DNA of 64,000 nucleotides, taken from positions 1,922,001 to 1,986,000 of the forward strand of contig CM022666.1 of assembly GCA_012295275.1 (NCBI GenBank), written 5' to 3'. The notes under the pieces were generated by a model, which saw only the letters and a list, made by a program, of their open reading frames with translations, did no database searches and had not been told where the DNA came from. Both the position numbers and the translations under genes were made by a program. The DNA is from Chrysomallon squamiferum (Eukaryota > Animalia > Mollusca). Positions 28,118 through 41,278 of the stretch are shown in pieces (positions within the stretch are counted from its first letter, which is position 1; each line of letters begins with the position of its first letter).

Positions 28118-29031
28118 TCAGGTAACAATCACCTAAATTTAAATCACCTAAGAGAACCTCCAAAACTTAAAATAAATTATTATTAAAATAAAATAAATAA
28201 TCAGTTAAAAATAATAGTGACAAAGAATGATTTTCACTGCTGCTATTGTAATTAATGTTCTTAGCCTGATATTTGTGATTTAAATAATAACAAGTTTTAT
28301 CATAATGAATGAAAAAGTCAAATAAATAATCAATTTGTTTATTCTAATTAGTATTATATCGACTGCAAAGGATTTTTAACATTATATTTAATACCAGTAA
28401 AAGCAATGAAACACTGGTATTGTATTTATTTAATTGTATGCTAATTCTAGTGAGAGAACTAAAAAAAAATAATCATAATCATAATAAAAAATATTTGTAA
28501 CTACTAACTGGTAAATATTGTTTCAAAGTATCACCAGATGATAATTGTCATTAAAATAGCTATAAGGTTACCATAACATAAAATATTAATCACCCTCAAC
28601 GAACGAACAGGAAGTGCTATTATTTCTAAATAATTTTCTTTTAATAACCTAAGTTTATGATTTATCCATAAAAACAAGAGCCCTTTTTTTACATATTATG
28701 TTATTGAAGTAACATATTAATCTTTCAACAACATACACAGAAAATAAAATATTTTTCATCTTACTAGCACTGTTGTCTTAATCACACTATACAAATTAAT
28801 TATGGTTATTCCAGCAGGTGTGTGGTTCATAACATCAATTCGTTTTAAATACCACTGACATACAAACCAAGTTAGAAAGTTTCTTCTTTTTTGACAAAGA
28901 CTTTGTTAAGTTTAAAGTAAAATTCGGAAAATCATGTTCACTTTACAGGGAAAAACCTGTCAGTATTTGGTTCATTTGTTATTTAACTGCTTATACGAAT
29001 GACGAGTAATATGTTTAGGTGACATACGTAC

Positions 29032-29088
29032 CCTAAGACTCGAAAGGTCTATATCATCTAAACTGACGTTCACCGAAGTTGTCGCCAT
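29032..29088 (-). CDS. MAP4K4: Kinase exon 1 (MATTSVNVSLDDIDLSSLR)
   Basis: AAAATGG start context, 57 nt, donor AGG|GTACGT; DIDLSSLR is the family N-terminal signature. Confidence 0.95.
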
Positions 29089-29400
29089 TTTGTGATTTAA
29101 TCAGCATCGAAAACAGCTTCCTCCGTGTTCAACGCTCTATATCATAAAATCCTGGTTAGTCAGAACGTCAAAAAATTTCATATTTTTCCTCGATTTATCG
29201 ATAGTACGTTCAAATACAATTTTAATGGCAAAATCCTTCGATTAAAGCTTCAAAATTACAGCTAAACCAGACCATTTCCAACTATTTACAGTCAAAACTC
29301 AACCGAGTGTGACCTACAATGCATTATGGGAAATTTTGTCTGCGGCTATTTTCCATACGGCCATGACGTTTAAAACAATCTTAAACGCTTATTCATTATT
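29089..29400 (-). promoter_or_regulatory. Kinase 5'UTR/promoter with ZNF143/Staf site (29315-29333) and DRE TATCGATA (29196-29203)
   Basis: Minus strand TTTCCCATAATGCATTGTA matches the Staf consensus YYWCCCRNMATSCMYYRCR at 18/19; CpGs reappear here; YY1-like AAAATGGCG over the start codon. Confidence 0.6.
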
Positions 29401-29560
29401 CTGGTCGGTTATGCATGAATGCCTCTTTTTATTTTCTGTTTATTTCTTAACCCCTCTGGGAAAAATTATCTTTCAGTCATGTTATGTGTGACAAAAACAA
29501 AAAGAAAATACGTCAGTTAGACCTTTCCCAAATGCTTATCCATGTCCTCTGAATTTAGTA

Positions 29561-29562
<2 letters not shown>

Positions 29563-29640
<78 letters not shown>
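29563..29640. repeat. (TC)n microsatellite just upstream of the kinase promoter
   Basis: Pure dinucleotide run. Confidence 0.98.
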
Positions 29641-29643
<3 letters not shown>

Positions 29644-30143
29644 AGATTTACAGCAGAATAGGTATTGCGTGCATATTTTAGTGCATATTTTGTGGTATTT
29701 TCCATTCCTGCTAATACTTCCATGAATATAATAATATTATTATATCAAAGATCATTGCGAGTATTTTATAATAGAGAGCGTTCAGCTGTTTTTTGTGTAA
29801 TACTGACATGATAATTTACTTAGATTTTACAGATGAAATCTATATTCTCAGTCCACCAATTTATTCTCTCAATCTCAAAACAAAGAGTTATATGGATTCA
29901 CTCAAATTTATAAAATATGAGATTATTTAGTAAAAAGAAATATCTAAAGATATAAATATGGTTTCCGAAATTGTAATAATTATTATTTGAGCAATAATTT
30001 AAAATAATAATAATAACAACAACAACAACAACAACAATAAAAACATCACAATAATATGATATTTCGTGCCCTTATCTTTTGCTATAAGGTTATTTAAAAC
30101 CATGACAAGGCATGACTGGGTAAATTAAAAATGACACGTATGG

Positions 30144-30210
30144 TGACGTCAGTACATAAAGGAAAGACATTTTCCAATCCTATGTTTATTTGAGCGTAAA
30201 AAGTGAGTCA
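30144..30210. promoter_or_regulatory. Perfect CRE (TGACGTCA 30144-30151) plus AP-1 (TGAGTCA 30204-30210)
   Basis: Exact consensus matches about 1 kb upstream of the kinase ATG. Confidence 0.4.
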
Positions 30211-30718
30211 AATGATTTCGCTACATTTTTGGAAATGAAATCACAAATAAAATCTAGGTTGTTACCCACTGATTTGAGCTTTGTACATTTGTTTATTATT
30301 TATCGCATTTCTATACTTATTTGAAGAAATAACCTGTAAATGAATTAATGTTATAAGAATGCTCGATTCATCTTCTTTAGAAGGGAAAGTTGGATGCGAT
30401 TTAATCAAGAGAAACAACTCCGATTCACATTCTCATAACCTTTCTCTATTTGTTGTCGCCCCTTTTCTCTTATCTTTATTTTATTTTATTTATTTATTTT
30501 GGTGATTCAAATAAGTGAATTATAAAATAATAATAAACGTTTTAATCAGTTTGGTTACACAGTTATGTGCACATTTTTATTATTATTATTTTTAAAATAA
30601 AATAAAATAAAAACATTTATGTTAAAACATACTTTTTTGCTTTCCTTCCTGTTCTTCGTATCTGTTTAATTGCTTTAAACACAACAATACAAATATATAT
30701 TTTTTTTTTTTTTTTTTA

Positions 30719-30750
<32 letters not shown>

Positions 30751-31488
30751 AAAGAGTAAAGATAATATTGCCCATATAACAATGATTTTAATTAACTGTA
30801 ACTTCCGAAGAAAAAAACCAAACTAAAAACCAAAACAAAACAAACATTAACAAGAAAGAAATCAATCGAAAAGACGAAAGATAGATATCCATATATTATA
30901 TTTTGTTGCATTAAAATCATAAATATTCACAACAATTGTATTGTATAACAATAATATATTCTGTCTCTTTAAAAACGTTCGTTTTGGCATTCAGTATGTA
31001 ACAAAATAATTCTAGAAGACACCACACCCTTTGAAATTAGCATGTCCCATTCAATGCAGCCTACATGTATAGGATGACCTACCAAATGTAAAGGTTATAT
31101 TTACTTTCCCCTATTTACCTAAACACCTACATTTTTTTTTTCTTAACCTATCTTTAATTTTGTATTTCTGTTATCTAAACCTAACTAGCTTTTACGTTTT
31201 AATATACATAGATTTTTATTATGAAGGCCGTTCTAATTACTACAATATGAAAAGTAGTTAAAATCTGCTAATTACACCTTTTTTTTAATAATAATAATAA
31301 TAATAATAATAGTAATAATAATAAATATAATAATAAACAAGACAAAATTGATGCTGAATGATAATTTCAAATATAACAGAAATAACAAAAATCATTAAAA
31401 TTGTTGCAAGTTGTATTTTATTGTTGTTGTTGTTGTAACTGTTAAAGCGCAAAATATTCCTCTTATTTATTCATTTTGTTATTATTAT

Positions 31489-31532
<44 letters not shown>

Positions 31533-32382
31533 TTATTATTATTATTATTATTATACGAAATACATTCTTTTTTATTATTAATTTTATTTATGTTTTATTT
31601 TTATTTATTTTATTTATTTTTTTTTTAAATGACGTTTATTCTTCATACTGAATGTATAACGATGTAAACTCCTTCTTCTAAAATCGTCAATACGTCTTTT
31701 TTATTCCTAAGTTAGTTTTAAGGTCAAATATTAAAACGGAAACTCCAGTGGTATAATATATTTTAAAATCACAAATATTAACTTCAAAGATAAATCATAT
31801 TTGAACCAAATTAGATTATTCCTCGGTATAGGTCTTCAAATACTTTTAATAAATGCTTTCTTATATATATATATATATAGTTAAAACAAACAATATTTGT
31901 TGTTGTTTTAAAAAAAATCCAAACAAACAAGAACGTTTGACACCTAATAACAGTTAATATTAAAATATGTCGGAGAGTAGTCAGCCTGTAGTAATATTAG
32001 TATTTGTTCATTCATTCCTACAACTAAAATTTTAATTCTAAGATATAACAGACAATCACAATCCACCATATATGATTCCAAATATCATCGCCTTGACTGC
32101 TACAAATAAAAAAAATTATTTGTTCGCAAAAGAAATTAATAGTCGAAATCGTAACTACACTGCTGAAATTTCACCACAAGTATTTCCTTTTCTAGAATGC
32201 CAATTATAAAGCCGAATTAAAACTCACATAACATTTAGGCTTCCAAAGATAGGTACCAAAAAAAAACCCTTAAAAAAGAAAAATACAGTGAACAGATTCA
32301 AATGTTAACACCCGTCCCATGAAAATATCTAAGCATTAAATAAATTATTTAATATTTTCTTAAGTGTTTTATTGAAACTTAC

Positions 32383-32424
32383 CTGATAACCTCTCGACCT
32401 TCGTATTTGGATTATAGTCGCCAT
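32383..32424 (-). CDS. Candidate alternative first coding exon of the kinase (MATIIQIRRSRGYQ)
   Basis: ATG at 32424, 42 nt open, perfect CAG|GTAAGT donor, phase 0 matching the exon 2 acceptor. Confidence 0.35.
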
Positions 32425-32680
32425 AAAATTATATAATATTTTCTACCACAAAATACCAAAAAATATATAAAAATAAATATATATCAATAGCACACTTTCA
32501 AAATTTACCACTTGATCATTTTAACCATAAAATATGTGACGTCTATCGAGTCGGTGTACGTGGGTTAGTGTGTGTTTTTAAAGCGACCTATCGTGACTCG
32601 AGCAAACTCGGAATGACAATGACATTCGGGTAGGCAGGCTACAGCTGCTGAAACCGAAATTGACGATTCGCGGCACGAGC

Positions 32681-32817
32681 ATGCCGTCTGCTACAAATCC
32701 GTCTGCACACCACCGCCAAGACATGACGGATGCTAATGGTATGCTTAAACACTTGTTATTGTCAAACAAATGCCCCTTAGAGCAGCAGAGAAGGATAAAA
32801 CGCCGTATTTGTCAACA
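32681..32817 (+). CDS. Candidate first coding exon of an unidentified divergent gene (MPSATNPSAHHRQDMTDANGMLKHLLLSNKCPLEQQRRIKRRICQ)
   Basis: AGCATG start with A at -3, upstream in-frame TGA at 32594, 45 open codons of non-repetitive composition ending at CA|GTAAGT (phase 2); no downstream exon identified. Confidence 0.4.
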
Positions 32818-33017
32818 GTAAGTGATATGCAATACAATACGTTAAACAATTAGCAGTATTTGAACAATCTTAGCAAATACCGCTTTCCTTACAACTGATG
32901 TAAGAAATAGGCCTACTTTCTGAAAAATATTTGAGAGAGATGTAAAATCTAGATATATCTATATAAATAATTTTGCTTACCACAATTTTTTTCTTTAAAA
33001 TTTTATTTATCTTGTAT

Positions 33018-33064
<47 letters not shown>

Positions 33065-33204
33065 TTTGTAACTAATACCGCTATATAAAATAATAATAAT
33101 AATAATAAAAGATTTTGGAATGCACAGTTCTAAAGAAGATAATGGGGTTATTTTTGAAAAAATTTCTCTGCACAGTTCTAATGTTATAATTTATTTATTT
33201 TTAA

Positions 33205-33240
<36 letters not shown>

Positions 33241-33428
33241 TTATTTTTTTTCTTACAGTAGGATTAGTTCAAAGGGCTAAAATGTGACAGTTATACATCT
33301 ATAATGTTGTGTAATTATGTGTCACATAATGCCGTATTTTAGTCGATAGTTTCGATCGTAAAAGACGCCTTCGGTAACTTGATAGTTTTGATTTTCACAC
33401 CAGTGTAATGGTAATTGAATTTTTGTTT

Positions 33429-33463
<35 letters not shown>

Positions 33464-33623
33464 TTTTATTATTATTATTATTATTTATCTATTAACTTAG
33501 TAGTAGTAGTTGTCGTAGTAGTCCTAGTGGCAGTAGTAATAGTAGTTATAGTAGTAGTATCATTTATTTATTTATTTGATTGATTGATTGATTTTATCAT
33601 TATTTTTTTATTATTATTATTAT

Positions 33624-33673
<50 letters not shown>

Positions 33674-34424
33674 CTACATTTGCATCGAGGGTGTGTCATT
33701 ATCTCCCAATGTTTTATTAGTTCATCATTATTCATGATCCCCCACCCACAAACACACACAAAAGATACAACACCCACTGCTATATCAGCTAAAATATCAG
33801 TCAGAATTCTAATATATATCTATATCTATCTATATATATATATCTATATCTATCTATTATATATATATATATATATATATATATCTTAACTGTCGCAGTG
33901 TTTACTGCCACTCAACCGGTCTCAGCGCATTTCCTGTTAATGACTTGTGACGTAATGTTCTATAAATAAACTGTGCCGTGCAATGCGTTACAATAAAACG
34001 GAAAACAAATACAAATTCACTGATAGCAACTTTCGTTAAGCAAATTTGATAAACTTCCGCACAGCGGATTTTTGTGGATTTTGGATAATAACTAATCAAA
34101 AGAAACCAAACCTATTGCAATTTGTGGTTAGTCACACGATGTACTGTTTGTAGAACTGACCAGACTACAGCTCAAAATTCCTATCTCTCTGCTCCGTATA
34201 AAAATAATATAACTGTACATGTTATAAATTTGAAAATTTAAAAATATATACATGTATGTTATTTTACGAAGAAATAAATAAAGTAAGCAATATACAATAG
34301 AAATGAACAAGATAACTTTTTTCTACAAAATACATTCTTACCCAGCAAAAATCATTGAAATCAATATCTTCCAGGGGTGTCATTTTTATGAGAAAAAAAA
34401 AAAAAAAATACGAAAAGCACCATG

Positions 34425-34460
34425 CACTGACGTCAGTGACCCTTAATTCATGACGTCATG
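34425..34460. promoter_or_regulatory. Tandem perfect CRE palindromes
   Basis: CACTGACGTCAGTG (34425-34438) and CATGACGTCATG (34449-34460). Confidence 0.5.
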
Positions 34461-35317
34461 TTAAACAAATCCATTGTTTGTGTTAAACAATGGGGTTTTT
34501 CTCTTCTTTTTTTTTCTTACTTTTTACTTGTTTTCTTCATTTTCTTTCTTTCCTATTTACTTAATTTTTACTGTTATTCTTTGCAAATGTTTAATTTGTC
34601 TGGCATTTGTTATCTGCGTTATTCTTTATTTTTATTGAAATTTTAATAATTAATTTTAATATTTGCATGCTCATTTCTTTTTTATTGTCATATTTGTATT
34701 TTAATCCCCCCCAAAAAAAGAAAGAAAAAAAAAGAAACTTTTACCTTTTATTACTTATTTATTTATCATATATTTATTCATGTAATTACTTATTATCATA
34801 ATCATATTATTATTATCATCATCTTCATCATTATTATGGACGCAGTTATAAAAAGCCAAGCCATATTGTTTTCGTTCCTTGGGAAAGTATGTATACAATA
34901 TATTTTTCTTCTAACTGAACAAAAGTAGCATTTAACCTGACAGCATCACTTTTTTGTCTCATTATCTGTTGATCCTTAAGCATAAATATATCACGTAAAT
35001 AAAGCTGTAAAAAAAAAATGTATTATCTTTACGTAAAATCATTTATTTATTTTATATTTATTTATCTGTCTGTCTGTCTGTCTGTTTGTTAGTTTGTTTT
35101 GTTTGTTATTTTAGATTTTGAACGAATAAAAGAAAAAAAGGGACGCTATCCTAAAGGGACGTTACTCGTCCTGTATAACTCGACTTAAGAATTACCTCCC
35201 ATGTCGTTTCATAATTCCACGCGCCTTTTAACGCTATATTTACTTCTGCCTTAACAGGTTCGTCACATTATGAAATATTTGTTCCCTCCCATGAACAAAC
35301 TCAAAATGAATAAATTA

Positions 35318-35349
<32 letters not shown>

Positions 35350-35456
35350 TTAGCGTTTTCTCATCTTCTTTTCTTCATCTTCGTTTTATTTTTATTATTA
35401 TTGTTTATTAGCGTTGTCATTATTACTACTACTACTTCGTCTTCAGCTACTACTAG

Positions 35457-35488
<32 letters not shown>

Positions 35489-36440
35489 TTACTATTACTA
35501 TTGTTAATAATAATAATAATTATTATTATTATTACTACTATTACAACTCTACTGTTATACTATTATTGTTGTTTTTGTTGCTGTTGTTGCTGCAGCTGCT
35601 ATTGTTATCACCATCATCATTATAATTATCGTCATCATTATTATTATTACAACTTTTATCATCCATTTTATTCTTGTTGTTGTTGTTATGAAAAGTTAAA
35701 ATATATCAAGATCCATTTCGTGAATATAGATATAACGACACTGCCGTATCCACTTAAAGATGGCAGATACCGAGATCGCGTCCCCTCTGTAACTCTTACA
35801 AAAAAAAAAGAAGTTGCATTTTTCTGACTTTTTCATTTTTACACACTGACCTTTGAACTGTTAGTGTGCCCTGGGCAGACGTAACCGGCTTGCGTCATCA
35901 CCGAAATTTTAAAAAAAAAAAAAAAAAAATCATAGCAGAAAAAGCTAGACGTGAATCTGTGACTTGGAGCTGTAACTGTCATCGCTGCCAAATTAAGCCA
36001 TTATTTAATGGATTCTCATCAAAATACAAGTCACTGCTCGATATTTGTCGGAATTAAAAACCTCTAACGACACCCAATCGTCCCTTAATGACAAATTAAT
36101 TACAATACAAATCTGCAAGTAAATGGACGCCTGGATTTAACCTTTCGTTGGCATCGCTGGGAGAATTTAAAATGTTCACTGATCGCGCGAGTGCATTGTC
36201 GTTTGTGAAATGTCTGATGAAAACAAAACGTTCGCCATCTTAACTGATTGTGCTGTTCGATAAGAATAGCGTTACCGTTCATTAATGACAACAAAAATAA
36301 AACAAAATAAAATGTATATTAAACAATTGAATATTACGATTGCTGATGCTATTAGACAACTGCTTTTTCTTCTTACATTAACAGTTGCTGCTGTTACTGA
36401 TGTTAATATTATTGTTCCTCCTGGGTTTTTTTATCCTTTT

Positions 36441-36467
36441 CTTCTTCTTCTTCTTCTTCTTCTTCTT

Positions 36468-36541
<74 letters not shown>

Positions 36542-36551
36542 CATCATCATC

Positions 36552-36582
<31 letters not shown>

Positions 36583-36608
36583 CCATCATCATCACCATCG
36601 TCATCATC
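36441..36608. repeat. Compound microsatellite (CTT)n-(ATT)n-(ATC/ACC)n
   Basis: Direct reading. Confidence 0.95.
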
Positions 36609-36979
36609 AAGATATGACCATCAATTATTTTAAATTATTTATTTATTTATTAAACGATCTTAATGTCCATAAATTGTAATTGCATCTGTTTAACTCTGCA
36701 GGTATAAATCCGGTATTACCGCAATTCCCAGTTCCCAAGGTTGCCTTGGAAATCAGCATCAACATCTGTTTCATTTACATCGAATTTATACAGAAGCGTA
36801 TCTTTTTAAAACACACGGTGCTAAAATCATTCTATCCATTTATATGAATCGATCCATTCGCTCACAAATCTTGTTTATGACCCACACTTAACACATGCCT
36901 TCATAGTTGTTTGGGGTTTTTTTCTAGTTTTTTTTTTTTTTTTTTTTTATGAAATTTATCTCTTCAGAAAAAGATGTGG

Positions 36980-37024
<45 letters not shown>

Positions 37025-37494
37025 AATTGCCCGCCTTTAAAGTCACAATCAGAAGATATGGTTGTCTTTATTCGACAATTTCCGGACGTTAATGTGGATT
37101 TTACTGTCTAAAACCGAATTAGAACTGCGACGCGGAACGGAATATGTAAATAGGATCTGGTGGGATTTCCTGAAATTACGTGCAGGTAATGCTGGGTTTA
37201 GGGTCGAGATTTATTTGATTAGCCAATCACATTTCGTGTTGCATTCATAACAGATTAAACCGGTGCCGCGCAGATATCGTTAAAAATGAACGTTCTATAA
37301 TTAAAGAAACAGACACAATGATTAATCGATATGAAAAGACATACAAGACAAACAAATTGACAAATAACCAACCATGCAGACAGGCAGATCTGTCATTATT
37401 GATAAACAATTAGACAGACACATATTTAGATACTGTTGGCAATATAAACATATAAATCTGCGTATGAAAGTTGTTTTATATATATATGTATGTG

Positions 37495-37580
<86 letters not shown>

Positions 37581-40519
37581 TAGAAACGAAAGTTAAAGTA
37601 TTCAAAACTAAAAACGAAATCGCCAACAGGTACATTGTTTGAGAAAAAGCGATTGATGGATAGAGACAGACGCTGAAATACGAAACGAATTCAGTATAAT
37701 AATATTTACATTTGTTCCTCTTGTAACTGGATAAGATTAATAAATTTCTCCTTATCCACTTTACCACGTGGACGAAACAAAACAAAAACCTTTCTTCTTC
37801 ATACGTCACGCTCGCATTGTTATTAGACACGACACGTTGTTTGTTCCGCTTTTTAGCCCTTGTTAGTTTTCGTTATCGTTCTGTTCCGTCAATTTTCGTC
37901 ATCAAAGAGGTTTAGCCTTTTATGCGCTGTTTATTCGAGGGATAAAAATCAAACTTTTTGATTGATAGTGTTTTTCTTTGAGATTTCCCTCATGACGTAT
38001 TGATGATATCATCACGCCTCGTTTGAGTTTCGTCTCATGTGATGTTTTATTGGCCTTTTAGTCGACTGCTCTTTATTGCTCGCCTTTCATGACGTATAAT
38101 GTTTTAATTTTTTTTGTTTCCCCCTTAAACTAATAATTGGCATCCCACTATAAGTAATGAAGAAATGTTAATGTTAATTTGATAATAATTAATGATTTAA
38201 ATCTATTTTTATTTTTTATTTTGTTTTTTTTTTATTATTTTTTAAATTTTTTATTAACGTTTCATTGGTAATACACTTTTTATTATGTGTAATATATTCT
38301 TTTTAAAATGCATATGTGTGTGTGTGTATATGTATATATATGTATATATATATATATATAGATATATATATTAATTCTGAATGGTTACTATGATCTCACT
38401 TTATTCTCACGGAAAACGGACAACTACTGAAGTATGACACAGGGTTGCTGGATCGATTCTAAGCGATGAAACATTTTATTTAATTTAATTATTTTCGTTA
38501 CTATTTGTTTTTCTTATTTATTTATTTATTTATTCGTCTGTTTGTTTGTTTGTTTGTTTGTTCATTTATTTATTTATTTAAATATTTATTAGTGAAGTTT
38601 CTGACAAATACCAACATCAGGTGTCACTTTATTTTCGAGATCAATTTCAACACCGAAATCGCGCACCGACCAAAGAAGACATCAGCAATATGTTTTTCCA
38701 CCAAAGGTTACATTTACCAAGTAATGAAGAAGCATAAAGATATTTACTCAAGACATTTTTTTTTTAAAACTTTTTTTTTTTTTTTTCTTTTTTCATCTTC
38801 ACTTTACGATAATCTACAATTTCTCAAATGACCACGAAGCAGCGAAAGCTTGCCTAAATCCAAACAAAACTGAACGAGTCTTTTAGACGTTGTGCCAACA
38901 CGCGCGTGTCGATTTCTCGCGCCAAACACCCGATTCCGCCGTCTGCGCGCGATAGAGGCGTTTCCTGAATTGGCGAGTTTATCACGACGTTCTTCATGCG
39001 AATAAACAAACTGAAACGAGATAGCGAGCTTATTGATTTATCAAGAAATAAAAAAATATATATTTTTATTTTTATTTTATTATTATTATTTTTTTTTTCT
39101 TCTAGTTTTTGTTCTAATTTTTTATTTTTTTATTTTTTTTATTTTTATGTTTTTATTTATTATTATCAAATTAATGCTTGCAAATTGCTTCTTTTTTTCA
39201 TCATTAATAGCGGAAATCAAAGCACGTTTTCTGATGTTATTATACGTATTCATTCCAGTTGAAGAGCGATTTTTGTTTGATGCGTTGAAGTACTTTCATT
39301 CGATTTTCAGGGAAAAAAAAATTAAATTATAAAATCCCATGAATTAAAAAAAACAAAAACATCTCCATTATTCATCCCACACATTCTTCTTCTCCTTTTT
39401 CTTTTTTCATCTTCTTCTTTTTTCTTTTTCTTTTTTTTCTTCTTCTTCTTCTTTTGCTTTTTTTCGTCATCTGTTGCTTCTTCTTCTTCATTTCTTTTTC
39501 TTTTTCATTTTCTTCAATTTCCTTATTTGTGCCCAAAACAAGAAATACATATAATACATTCTTTATTGTTTCTCCTTCTGTAAAAACAATATTTTTTCAC
39601 TCGCTGCTTTTTGAACTATCAGCCGTAACGTAACGCAACCATATTTATGCAGACGTCAATATTACCATGCATTTCGCGTTGAAGAAAACTTCAAAAAGAA
39701 GCATTCCTCGTTGTAATCAAGTTAGTCGCAACTGAAAGGGTTAATTCCGACAGCCTTCTTTTCGGACAGCATGTCAGCTTTTGTGGGATGATGCTGATTC
39801 CTTTCCCGGTTCTCGAGTAGAAGAGATGTAGTCTTCCTCAATTTGTCACTTTCGTTAGTCAGGCGCAGACCGTTACAACGACTTCGTCTACATCATCTTC
39901 TCTTCCTGGGACTTGTTATTTTTGTATCGATTTATTCAGTGCACATCGAATGTTTTCGAATAGTTTTTTTTTTTCAGTCTCTTTCTTCAGTCAGTTAGTT
40001 AGTTAGTTAGTTAGTGAGTTATTTTCGTATTTATTATCCTTATTATTATTATCATCATCATCATCATTTTCACAATCATTATTATAATTATTATTAATAT
40101 GGGTTTGGGTGTTTTTTGTTGTTGTTGTTGTTGTCGTTGTTGTTGTTGAATTGTCATGAATTACTGTTGCTGCTACTTTGAATCAGTTCACCGTTTCAAC
40201 TGATGTTACTACGACTGTTTTTAATTAACTACTAGTATTAGTACATGTACTACTATTACTACTAATACAACTACTACAACTGCTTCTTCTACTATTAATA
40301 ATAATAAAAAATAATAATAATAATAATAATAACTAACAACAACTTTAATGATGAAACTATTATATATTTTTACTTCGTTCCCTTTAAACAAACTAAAATG
40401 GAGAACCTTTTGTGTGTGTGCGTGTGCGTGTGTGTGTGCTGAGCGTGTGCACGTGCGTAGAATCGCCATCATTACAACCATAATGTTATTAACAAAAAGT
40501 GATTTCTAACAGATTTGGT

Positions 40520-40597
<78 letters not shown>

Positions 40598-41182
40598 AGT
40601 ATGTGTGTGTTTTTTTTTTTTTTTTTTTTTTTTTACAGTTAAATCCACCTCAGGCAACAGTGTCCGAGATTGTGGATTCGCCGCTTGTCCAAGATAATTG
40701 GTAGATCAGGCATCGATTTGAAATAATAAAATTACTGGTCATATTTCTGTAGCTTATTAAAGCTCTTAAATCCATATCGGCGCCTGTACGCTGGAGTGCG
40801 TGTAGGGTTAAGTACGCCTGTTAAGTAGCGCAGGCTGTGAAGACTAGATTTTCTTTTATCAAGTTTTTTCCACTGTGTCTGTTTTCTCTACGTACTGCCC
40901 TGGGATCCCTTTAAGACATTATTTTCATGAAATGTGTTTTCTGCCTTCTGTCCTTGTTATTACAGAATAATTGCGTTGGGAGGAGAGTATGGGAGAGGTG
41001 AGTTTTATTGGGAGAGAGGTTCTCTCTCTTTTTCTTTTTTTTATGAAATATGTAAATTGAAATCGAGACAATGTAGCCGTATTTTTTCTTGGTAAAGATG
41101 GACTTTGAATATTTTGTATAGATGGTTAGGTATTCTTTGAAAACGTTAATTTATGAAAATGATTTCGGTAAATTCTATTTAC

Positions 41183-41278
<96 letters not shown>

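Noticed and set aside
39816-39905. Imperfect inverted repeat AGAAGAGATGTAG / CTACATCATCTTCT
   Set aside because: Short stem with a ~55-nt unpaired interior; no recognisable miRNA or snoRNA features
40639-40700. Plus-strand 62-nt exon candidate (LNPPQATVSEIVDSPLVQDNW)
   Set aside because: The acceptor is just a poly-T run, the donor GTAGAT is weak and the phase does not fit neighbouring candidates
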